Source: a candidate division WOR-3 bacterium (GTDB lineage Bacteria > Hydrothermota > UBA3073 > JACQXS01). Taken from it: 51,860 nucleotides of DNA. The stretch covers positions 1 through 51,860 of the forward strand of contig JAGMCN010000046.1 of the NCBI GenBank assembly GCA_023129235.1. The letters run 5' to 3'. The notes beneath the pieces are model-generated. The model saw nothing but the letters and a program-made list of their open reading frames with translations. It did not search any database and was not told the DNA's origin. The position numbers and the translations under genes were made by a program. This document shows positions 8,355 to 20,300 of the stretch, one piece after another; the first letter of the stretch is position 1, and every line of letters begins with the position of its first letter.

Positions 8355-11300
8355 ATGGCAGAGGAATTTTTTGAAATTATAATACCAAGTGGAGCTACAG
8401 CTTCTGCCTTGGCTAAAAAGTACGGAACAGATCTTGATACTATCAAAAGATTAAATCCGCAGATTAAAGATATTGATAAGATCTATGCTGGCGATAAAAT
8501 GAAATTGCCAAAGTTTGAAGTTCCTAAGATTCCTGAGGTCCCAAAACTTCCTAAAAATTATAGCCTAGATCTTGAAACTTATTTAAAGAAATTATATTCG
8601 GGAGGCTATACCTTTGCTCCTTTTGCAAGAGAACGAATGGGAGAAGATTTGCAGAAGCTTTATCCTAGCATGGATGTATGGAAAGATGTTTATACTAGAG
8701 CGCCGGATGGATGGGAGAAAGAGGCTTATTGGAAGTTAGTAATTCCAACTCCAAAGCTGCCAAAAATAATCAAGACATCAACCTGGAAAGAGGTTGATTT
8801 TTCTGTTACTAGAGATATAGCAAAGCCAGTATATAAACAAGCAAAGAAAGTAGCTCTTGATATTATAACGAAAGTAAAGGAGACTCCGGTGGTTTCTGAT
8901 ATTATTAAGAAAACTAAAGATATTACGAGAGCTTATGTAATGAAACCTATTACTACTAAATTCCCAAAGCAGACAGAACGTTTGGGTCAACTCCCAGATT
9001 TTGTTGAGAAAGCTATTAGTACTCCTGAACCAGGACCGCTGACGCCTATAATTAAAAAGATATCTAGAGAATATTTAGGTCCAGCAATTGATAATTATAC
9101 AAGACAGATAAAAAAAGATTGGGAAAGAGATAGACCTTTGAGAGAAGAATTTATTAAAGATTGGCTTAAGTTAGTTAAGAAAATTCCTTGGATAGGTAGA
9201 AAGATAACAAAGTCTTCTCAAGAGAAAGAACTTCAGGATTTAATGGTGAAGAAGGGAATAAGAGCACTTGAAGAAAAAAAAGAACCCGAAGATTTACCTT
9301 TAGATGAATCTGTTATTTCTGGATACATAGGAAAGTTACGAGATGATCTTTTAGAATTTGTAACAAAGGCTAAGGATAGTGGTCATATTTTAAGAGTAGA
9401 TGAATCAGGATATGTTTATCAGGATGAAGAAGCTACAAATATTGCTCGTAAAAGAATTTTTGGAGAAGTTTCAGATTTATTAGAAGAACATTTTCCAGCT
9501 TCAGATCCTGTTTATAACGAAGCTATATATAAAGCACAGGAAGCAGGAGAAGCTCGGCAAACTCTGGTGAATTTATTAACTGTGAATTTTAATACCTTGT
9601 ATTATAGTTTAACAACTCCTGATGCGCAGAAAACTGAGAGTCTTCGAGAACTTTCTAAAAGTTTGAATAAGATTTTAGAAGTATCCTCGGCTCTCGAAGG
9701 TATTGATCCAACTCTCGAAAGTTTAAATAAGGAATTAGAGAAACATAATAGATCAGTAGCTAATATTGAAAAGTATTATGATGAAAATATTTCTAAATGG
9801 TGGGATGAATTAGAGAATATTCTGGGAGCTAAAGCAGCTAGTTATCTTCAAAAATCTAAAGAGTTAATAAATGAAGAGATTGATAATCTTAATAAAATAA
9901 TCGCTGATCTTCCTGAAACTAAAGTTAATAGAGTATTTGAATTATTAGGATTTATAGATCATTCTCAGACTTTCTGGAATATCCAGAATAATTTAAATGT
10001 TTTATTAGAGGATCCAAAGATAGCTGATACTCTAAGAAAATTATTCTTAGGAGATAAAAAAGTATTCTCAAAAGAATTAAAGGCATTAAATACATTAGTT
10101 AGAAACCAAGATTGGTATAAAGAAAATGAGAAGTATTTAAAAGAGGGATTTATTGGAAAAGTATTGGACTCAAGATCAGTAGAAGATTTTGAAAAATTAA
10201 GGAAAGAATTAGAAACTAATCCAGCGATTTCTGATCCACAGTTAAAAGCTGGGCTTAGAATCGTTGAGATTTTTGAGAATGATTTTAAAATATCAGATGA
10301 ATTATTTAAATTACTCCAGCGTCAAGCAAAAGCTACTAAGCTTTTTATGGATATTTCTCGAGAGAGTGCTCTTGAAAAAGAAAAGGCATGGGCTGGACAG
10401 GTAAATACTTATCTTGAAACTAAAGGATATAAAGTAATTCTAGGAGCGTTTATTCCAGGAGGATTGACCTGGCGAGATTCAATTACTGGACTTAAGTTTG
10501 CCTGGGAATCCGTAAAGGATAAAACAATTCATGTTAAGTTTCCTTATAATTTTACAAAGGAATATTATAATCTCTGGGATGGAACAAAGGTAGAATTTTG
10601 GGATTGGAAAGAGAAAAGTTATGAAGTGTCCCCATCTAAAGCTATATCAAAGGCTTGGAATTCTGTGGAATATATGTGGGATACTTTTATTTTTAGAGGT
10701 ACAGTTCCTGCTATTAATTCTGCGATGGCTCTACTCTATCAAGGCTATGCCCATTGGGGTCTTTTAGATGAGGAAGTTTTAAAAGATTGGAGGTTAGTTC
10801 AAGAAGAAGGTGGCATCAAGAATATGAAAGATTATAAATCTTGGAAATTAACTGCTTATGCAGACCCAGCCTTAAATGTCCCAGATGGATCTTACTTAAG
10901 AGAAGAAGGCTCTATTCAAAATATAGGTAAATATCTAGTAGAAGCTTGGAATTATTACAGGAGCCCAAAGGCCTATGATGAATTTGTTCCGTTAAAAGAT
11001 ACAAAAATAGAATGGATAGATGGAAAAATTAAGATAGGACCTTGGACATACGATACTCTTAACTCTCCTCAAGAACTTTGGGCTTATAATCCTCATCTTA
11101 AAGATGTTTATATAATCCCAGCTGGAACTAGAGTTTCAATTCCACGCTTCAGAAATACAGCTAGATTTACAGATTTATTTACTGATGATTTTAGATATCA
11201 ATTATACAAGGAGCATCCGGGTTTTTGGTATTTTTTCGATGAGTTTCTTCCTTTTATGATGCCGGATCCATCCACTATAGCAATTATGGCAGGAAAAACT

Positions 11301-14300
11301 ATAGGTTTAGGAATGGCAAGGACTTTTAAGTTCGATCCAAATCTAGGAATGAAACCTCTTTCTCAGGTTAAAACGCTTTTTTTCAGCACAAATTTAGCTT
11401 ATCGTTCTCAACGATTAGATTCTTTTGGACGAGAATTTATTAGACTAGCTACATTTAAGGGAGTGGATTGGAAAGTGTTTCCAAAACTTTTACATTATAA
11501 ACCAAAGATAAATGAATGGAGAGGAGCATTAGCAGATCTTACAGTATTAAAAAGCGCGCCTAGAGTGATTCAAGAAATGACATATGTTTGGCATACGAAT
11601 TTTAAAAGATTAATGGATCAAGCATTTCTTACTTATCAGTGGGAGGCTATTCTAAAAGGGATTGCAAAAGAAAAAAAGATGCCTTTGAAGGAACTAAATA
11701 AGTTAATTCAGATGGCTTTTTTTGATCCTGAGAAAATGCAGGCACCGGTGGTTCGAGAAGTTTTTCAGGCAATGAGTCTTCGAATATTTGATTTACAAAA
11801 GTGGATGGGTCAAAGACCATTCTTAGATGATGCATTAAAAGCATTATATCAGAAAGTAAAATCAACTGATTATTTAATTAGACAACAAGCTTTTAATCTT
11901 AGTTATCAAAAACTAGGAGTCTGGGGAAAAGATTTCTTTGATGATGTTACAGTAGATTATCTTCTTCCTCTAAAACAACGAAGAATTAAAAATGTAGAAA
12001 CTTATACCTATCAATTCTTAAGAAATGTAACTCCTGATAGTCAGATCCAAGCAAAAACTCAGATAGAATTAGCTAAGAAACTTTTAAAATCATGGGATGA
12101 AGATACTAAATATGCCTTTCGTGTAGCAGAAAGTGCAAAGATAGTAGTTCCTTTACCATCTGGAACTGTGTTAAAGATTGCTCCTATAGAACAACGAAGG
12201 AATATGAGGAATGCTTTTGAATGGATTGTAGAAAATAAGAAACCAACTTTAGTTATTAACCCTGATAAAGTAACACAGAGAGAGTTCGAGGCTCTTTGGA
12301 AATTAGTTGGAGATACAGTAGATCTTAGATTAACTAACTTTAATAAAATTCCAATAGCGAATGTTTATAATGTCTTTCCTCAGACTAGATATTTTAAAGG
12401 ATCTATTACTGAATATTTTAGAGTGACTCGGAGTATAAAGACTAAAAAAATTATAAGTACGGTAGGAATTGGTTCTATAGATGATGTAGCAAAGAAAATA
12501 AAGCAAGCTAAAGTAGGAAGAACACCGGCTGAAGCTCAAGAACTTTTTGGTTATTATCTTCAAAACTGGACTCCTTATGTTGAGAAAGGAGTTAGAAAAG
12601 AGTTTAAATATATAAGTTCGACTAAGGTTGGGAAAACAATAAAGGAAAAGATAGCTCTTCGAACTCAGATGCCAAGGTCTAGAAATGTTAAAGACGTAAT
12701 TGATCATTCTGCTTGGACTTTTCTGAAGAGAGAAGGAGATGAATATAGAGATTTAGTTCGATATCTTCAAAATATCTCAGTTCCTCCTAAAAAAATAAAA
12801 ACAAAAATCGGGATCACGTATGAGATAAAAGATATTAGAGATAGAATATCAGGAGATCTGACCAAGGCTCTAGATCGTCAGTTTACTAAAAAGACGGTGA
12901 CGATCTATTCAGATCGGAAACGAGAAATCTCGAAACGGGTTTTAGATATCTTTGAGAGAGAAGCAGCTGTTCAGGATTTCTTTAAACAGACTATAGAAGG
13001 GAAATCTTTTCTGAAGAGATGGAAAGATTTCATTCCAAGTATTACAGATGATCTTCTTGAAAGAAATACTACGGCTTTAAAGTCTGTGAGAACTAGAATA
13101 AAAAGAGGGAAAGCAGCAGGTAAATCAGAGTTATTTATTAAAGAACTCCAAAAAACAGAAGCGAATATTCAAGATAAAATTTGGACTCATAAGATTCAAA
13201 GATATCTTCTAGATAATTTTAGAGATAAATCTACCCTAGATCCTACTTCGTATTCACTTCTTTTGAAAGATACTTTAGGAAAGACAGAGACGACCAAAGT
13301 TTTAGAATCCATGGATGAGTTTGTCTCTTTTACTAGGAATCAATTCAATAGAACTATAAGTGATTATTGGAGAGCAGCAGGTAAAAAAGAGAAATTTATT
13401 ACTGAAGTGGAAAAACTTGATGGTATAGAAACCTTTATTAAGAAAATTCAAAAACAATATAGACTTGAACCTAGAAAGACTTCGATAAATACTATCGTGG
13501 GAAAATTAGATAAGTATTGGCCAAAGGTTAGAATTAAAGATCAGATTATTAGAGAACGAGTAATTCCATCAGCTCGAACTCTAGCTATTGAAAAGAATAA
13601 ATTAGCTCTTCAGAAAATAGGAAGAGGAAGTAAAGGAGATGCTGCTAAAGTAATAGATGATTTTGCTAAGTTTGAGATCAAAGGTGATAGAGGAATGTTT
13701 GCAACAACGATCGGTTATAAATTTAGCCAGCAAGATAGAGTCAATTTATTAGCTTTAGCTAAAGATAGCTCTAAAAGAGATACTTCTATTATTCTATATG
13801 TTTTTAATGAGACGCCGGTTGATAAACAAATTATAAAATGGATAAGAAGTCGTCCTGAGATGAAGAGTGTAAGATTGATTGTTTATGATCCTAAAACTGC
13901 TTTTATAAAAAATATTAAAGAGAAGACTGTTCCTTTACAAACTATGATAGATGAGCTTTTAGGAACTCGAGATGGCAAAGCTGTCTATGATCTTGCGAAT
14001 CCAATAGTGAGAAGAAAAGAAAGGGTCTTCACCGATCAAGAATTTTTTGACATTCTTTCTAAACTCCCAACTCAAATATCTCCTACCCTTAAAATTCCTA
14101 AAGGTCTTAGTAGGAAGTTACCAGATGGTTTATATGTTTATCCAGATGATTGGGAGAATTTTAGAATATTAATTGCCCAGAAGCTTTTAAAGAAGAATCC
14201 TAAATTGATTGAAAATACATTAGGTTTAACCCCAGATAAATTAATGAAACAAGTTTATGCTGATTTCAAGGAAATTCCCTGGGCAGATTATGTAAAGATG

Positions 14301-17300
14301 TGGCAAAAATGGGAACTTGATCCTAAGAAATTAACACAGGCATTAGGAAGAACAGAAGCTGATAGATTTCTAGAATTTCTTTATCATAATTCAAGATCAG
14401 TTTTAGATCAATTAAAAGCTCAGGGATTAGCAGTTAGTTTTGTTAAAGGAGAAATGAAAGTAAAGCGAATTCAATCTTTTAAATGGGGTTTAAGTTATAC
14501 TCAAGAACAAGCTGTGAGATTAGTAGGCCCAGGTGGATTTGTAATGGGAAGTCCTACTAGTAGAATAAGGGATCTCTTGGTAAAGAAAACATCCCCAATT
14601 ACTAAATCAATAGATGATTCTTTGAGAAGCTTTGGAAATTTCCTCCGGATGGATACCTTTAATAATTTTGATGACTGGGCGAAATATATAGATGATTTAG
14701 AAAGATTCTTAGAGAAACCAAAAGCAAGAGTGACAATTCTTAAGAATCAACTTGATATTCTGGATGATGAAATAAAGTTGTTAACTAGAGAAAAGAAATC
14801 ACCTCAAGATTTGATGGAATTAGTGCGTAAGAAAAGTGAATTAATGGGATCAGTACAAAAATCATTGAGAGCTGAGGGTAGAAATTATCAACGCTGGTTA
14901 ATTAAAATGAATAAGATGGATGATGCTTTAGAATTAGAAAGAAAGTTAAATGGATTAAGAGCAATTGTAATAGGCCCAGATGGAAATCCTATTACAGGTG
15001 TAGCGAAAGAATATTATACAGCTTATCTTTCAACAAGAAGTAAGTTTGCTAAGGAGGGATATGCAAAGCTTATTAAGAAAAATAGAAAATATACTACTAG
15101 ATGGAATAATTTAAGATTAAATGACGAATTAATAAAAGCAGCAAGTCAAGAATCTAAAAGAGTTCCTTTTATTTCTAAACAATTATCAGAGAAGGCAAAG
15201 ATTAGAAACATGTTTGAAGCTGAACTTGGGGTACTGGAGAAAAAAATAACAGGAGCTGAAAGAAAAATGGATGATCTTTTAAAAATAGTAGGGAATAAGA
15301 TATTTAAACCTACTTCTGCTCAGATTAATTTTAAGGGAATATTAAAAGCAAATTTAGTTCCTGATGATATTCTAGGAGAGGTTAATCGTAGGATGATTTC
15401 AGTTAAGAAATCACTTAAAAGTATAGAAGGTCAAATAGCAAAAACGATTAAACTTAAAGAATCAACATTTTCTTTACAGAAAGTGAAAGTAACTTTAGCC
15501 AAAGAAATAGATGATTTAGGTTCCCTTAAAAAACTTTTACCAGATTTGAAAAAATATGAGCTAGCAAAGGTTAAGATTCTACCTCGAGAACTTTGGGATC
15601 TAGTTCATGGACACCCATCTGCTACCTTTTTGAAGAAAAAAACTCAGATGGAGAAAGCTCTTTTAAGAAAGTTTTCTTCTGTTACTGGCGTTAAAGTTCC
15701 GCTTTCAAAAGAGAATGAGTCAATTCTTCGAGCGTTTAAAAATGTTCAAGCTACAGTAAAGAAACGAGCGTTTTTAGATACTGCTTCGAGAGGAAAATTA
15801 TATGATGATTTTCTTAGTAAGACTGCAGATCCTGGATATATTAAACCAGGAGCAAAAGCAGTTAGGGTTCCATATTCTCGATTAGATATTACTAAAAAAA
15901 TAGATGATTTACAAGAAGCAAGAATCCAGACTATTATTGTAACTCAAAGAGTAAATAATTTGGGTCCATATGTTGCGGGACGGCCAATTAGAGTGCTTCA
16001 TATTCCAGAACTAAGTACTAGTCAGGTTCCACAGTTAGCTGAGTTAGGAGGATTTATGACAGATATTGAATATAAAGGTTTCCAGAAAGTATGGAAAGCA
16101 ATGCTTCAGGATAAAAGTTTAATCTTTTGGGATTCTGATTTCACTCGAGCTACTGAAGTTGCTAATAAATTAAAGCAAATTCTAAAAGTAGAGAGCCCAT
16201 TACGATATCATTCAATGCAAGTAGGTTCAGATTTATTCTTTTCAGTAATTAAAAAGCGGGAAATTGCAAAGGGAAAACCATGGAGGTTTGCTCGAGGAAG
16301 AAAAGAATATCTAAAAGTTTGGGGAGACCCGAAAGGCCAGGCTATTATTACTACTAAAGCTTTAGAACCAAAGAAGATAATGCATCATGTATATAAAAGA
16401 CATGATATTGAGAAAGGTTATCTTGATTTAGTGGCGCGTTTAGATAAATCTTCTTTGACACCAGCAAAGTTATATATTCCTGGATCGATAGCTAATCCAA
16501 AAAAATATATCTTGGGTCATATTCAAGAACGGATTCCAACATTTGTTTTAGCACCAGAGGTAAAAACTATTAGAATTTCTTATTTAAGAAATGTAGCGAA
16601 GGCTCATAAAGAACAATATGCTCAGTTAATATTTCCAAAGAATCCTACAAGTGGAGAAAGGATTATAATGGAATATTTAAAATCGAAGGGAGTTACTTAT
16701 TCTCAAGCGAAGGTAGCTCTTAAAAGAGAATTATTTTTAAATCCCTCTCTTATTTATGGTAAGAACGTAAACTGGAATTATTCGATAAGTAAAGAATTTC
16801 CAACCTGGCTTTTTCCATATGGTACAAAGTTTGATCCAAAAAGACAGGCAGCTTTCGATGCGGCATTCATAAGTAAAAGAATATTTAAATCTAAAGCACG
16901 ATTACATCAAGAATTAAAATCAACATTTTTAAGAGATGTAAATGATTGGTTATCAGATGGTAGAATTTATATTCCTAAGTTTTTACAAGATGAACGTTAT
17001 GCATTAAGAGCAGATCCGAGAGATCTTTTAGCTCGGTTGAGTTTAACTTATAATCGAGAAACAGCTAAGAAGAGTTGGTTTAAGCTTAAGAAAATTCAAC
17101 TAGATACAGCTGAAGAAATGGAAATTCGTCGTCTAGTAGAAGCAGGAGGACGGAAGATTCTTTCAGATGCAGAAAAACTTTGGATTGTGAAGAAAGAAAA
17201 TCTAATTAAATCGATGCTTTCAAAATGGAATAGAAAGAAGCCGAACATTGCTCAACAGGAATGGGTAGCAAAAACAAGGAAGATGATAAATGATTTAGTA

Positions 17301-20300
17301 CTATCTAAGAAAAAATACCTAACAAAAAATCAGCTCTTAGTTTTGGAAAAGAATAGGAGACGTTGGGAGGATACTTTAGCTTTAGTAGATGTTGTATTTA
17401 AATGGGATCGAACCCCAGGATTCTGGGAAAAAATAGCTCAGAGACAAGCAGAAAAATTAGGTCTTAAATATGCCCGAGCTCAAAATTTATATTTATTAGC
17501 CGATTTTCCTTTGACTGGATTTGAAAAGATAGTAAATTCAACTGCTTATATTAAAACTTTAAGAGCGACTGCTCATATGTTGCCTCAGTTTTGGAGAGCT
17601 GGATTAACGGTTCATGGTTACATGAAAAGTATTTGGATTAAGATGATTCTATATTGGAGAATTGCTTGGTATTTGAGAAATACTTATGATGATGCGATTC
17701 GAGGAGCGATGGCTTCTCATTCAGTAGAATATTTCTTTGAATGTCAGTCAGCGTTTGGAGCAGCTTCAGCTTCTTTTCTACGCAAGTTTGCTAAGGATAT
17801 AATAGATTTTCCAAAGTTTATTTTCAAACCTGTTAAAGGTGAAGTTAAAGAATTAGCAAATACAATAGGAGGGAAGATTGGAAAAACAGTCTCAAGATAT
17901 TGGGATGATGCTTTGAGTAAAGCAAGAAAGACTCCATACCTACCCTGGGATCCTAAGACAGCAAATAAGATTAGGAAAAAAGGGTTTTGGCAAAGCTTAG
18001 AAAAGAAATTCTGGGATAAGCATTTGGCTCCCATAATGGCATGGGACGAGGCTTTAGAATATGGATCATATACTCCTAAAGGAGAATGGATTACAAAACA
18101 TACAATAGACTGGATATGTGAGGCTGGAATGTATCAGGTGACTTCAGATCCTGTACAGCTAAGAAAATTAATATCTATTTTAGATGAGACCACGATGTGG
18201 CGAAGATTAAAAAAACGAGCGTTTGTACTTAATGCAGATATAGAAGTCTTTGCTAATTTTACTGAGAATGTAAGACGTCAGTTTTTAGCTCATGAATTGT
18301 TATTTAAAAAAGCAATGTCGGTAACTGAGACTAAAGCAAAGGTCTGGAATTATATGTTTAATTACCGAGACCTGTCGATTGTTGGTAAGAATTTTCGATA
18401 TCTCTTTCCATTCTGGGCTTTTAATACTAAGAGCTTTACATTATGGACAAAGACAATTGCAAAGGGCGGACCGAGATATTGGCTAGCAGCTAGAGCTTTT
18501 ATGGATAGTTGGACCGAAGTTACTCAATCTTTGCCAGAATGGGCAAGAGGGAGGATCCCAATTGGAAATGATGTATATTGGTATCCATGGATTTCTTTAG
18601 CTCAAGTTTTAGAATTTTGGAAAGATCCTTGGAAACAGATTAAACAATTTGCTGAGAATCCACACCAAGTTCCTTTAGGCTTAGGATGGAATCCTTTCTG
18701 GACTAATGTTATTAATTATCAAACAGAGAAAAGATTCTTCGATATCTCTATTGATATCAAAAAGCAGACTGGATGGACGTCTGAAGAAATAGAAAGATTT
18801 ATAAGTGATCAGAAATTAAAGCGAGATATTTCCGGAGAACCATTTTGGATGGAAGCTCTTTTCACTTATGTTCCCTTTGCTAGAGCTATGAAATCTCTTT
18901 TTGAGGTAGATATGTATTCCTTAACAGATGGAACTTCAATTCTAAAATCTAGAAAGTTAAGAGAGTTAATGAAACAGTTCGGATTAAACATTCTAAAATG
19001 GGAAGACATAGATATTATGCAGAAGATTTATTTTGATATGCCACCTCGTCTTCGATCCTTGATGGAGAAAGAAATCTCTAAAGAAGATCCTGCAGCTTGG
19101 CAAGCACAAAAGAATTATTGGGGTAAAACTTTATGGATTAAGGCTTCAAGAATTGCAAAGAAAGATCCAGCGCTTGGAACATACTATTTACAGCTTTGGG
19201 GATGGAATCAAATTTATTGGGATATGAGAGAGAAGCAAGGAAGCGCTGCGGCTCAGCGCTGGTTAGAACGTCATCCAGATATTAGAAAAGAATTAGAAAC
19301 TATGTGGTCAGAGAATAAAGAAACTATTCCATGGCACATGTGGCAACAACGAGAATATAATATGGGTCAGTTAGAAACATTAAATAGAGCAATGGCAGAT
19401 CGAATTTATAAGAAAGAGATTTTCGATCGAGCTGAGATTCTCGGTCTAGAAATTCCTTTTGGAATCCCAGGGGATAAAGATGAGTTTCTTACTTTAACTC
19501 TAGATGCTCAAGGAAATCCTCGTTTTGTTAATCCTGAGGAGTGGACAACCATAGTGAGTCGAGAGTGGGTTGATAAACTTATAAATAAGACGCAGATGAG
19601 TTGGCAAGAATATATTAAGGATGTGGCTCGGATCAGATATCATGAGTGGTTAATGGAAGAAGGAAGGGAAAAACTTCCAGAGAATAAAGCTTTCGATAGA
19701 AAAATGAAAGAATGGCAACTGATTCTTCCTCATAATATTGATGAGCTGCCTGATAAAGAAGCGGATAAATATTTTACTACTTATTGGAAATTTTTTGAGC
19801 ATTATTTTTCAGATGCGCAAAAGTCAATGTATTTCACAATGTTGAAGGGACGTCATGGTGAATGGTTCGTAGAATATAGGAAGAAGTTGAAAGATTATTA
19901 TGATAGGTGGTCGGTCTTGATTGATAAATTTAGAGAGAAAGATTTCAACTTCTTTGAAGAATTTTATAAAGAACCAGAATGGTTTCAAAAATTATACTTT
20001 CTTAGATACCCTACTAAAGAAAAATGGTATCCTTTCGCTAGAGATTGGACAAAGTTACTTCATTCAATTGAGATAGAAGAAAAGAAAACTTATGGATTCC
20101 AGCATGAGAAACGTAAAGAAGCATCAGATTATTTCTGGGATCATGAAGATATCGTAAAAAATTATTGGGATAAAGATGAACCTGGATTCTATCAGTATAT
20201 GAAAGATTGGCAGAAAATTACATTGATTAGTGAATCCAATCCTGAGAAATACTTTGAGCTTTTCTTTAACCAATCACCAGAGTTTCAGAAACGGTTCTTC

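Noticed and set aside
5409-8355. Shared 11-mer AAATCAAATAT upstream of the 5448 and 8355 starts
   Set aside because: There are only two copies of an A/T-only word in an AT-rich genome, which is plausible by chance. No further copies were seen.
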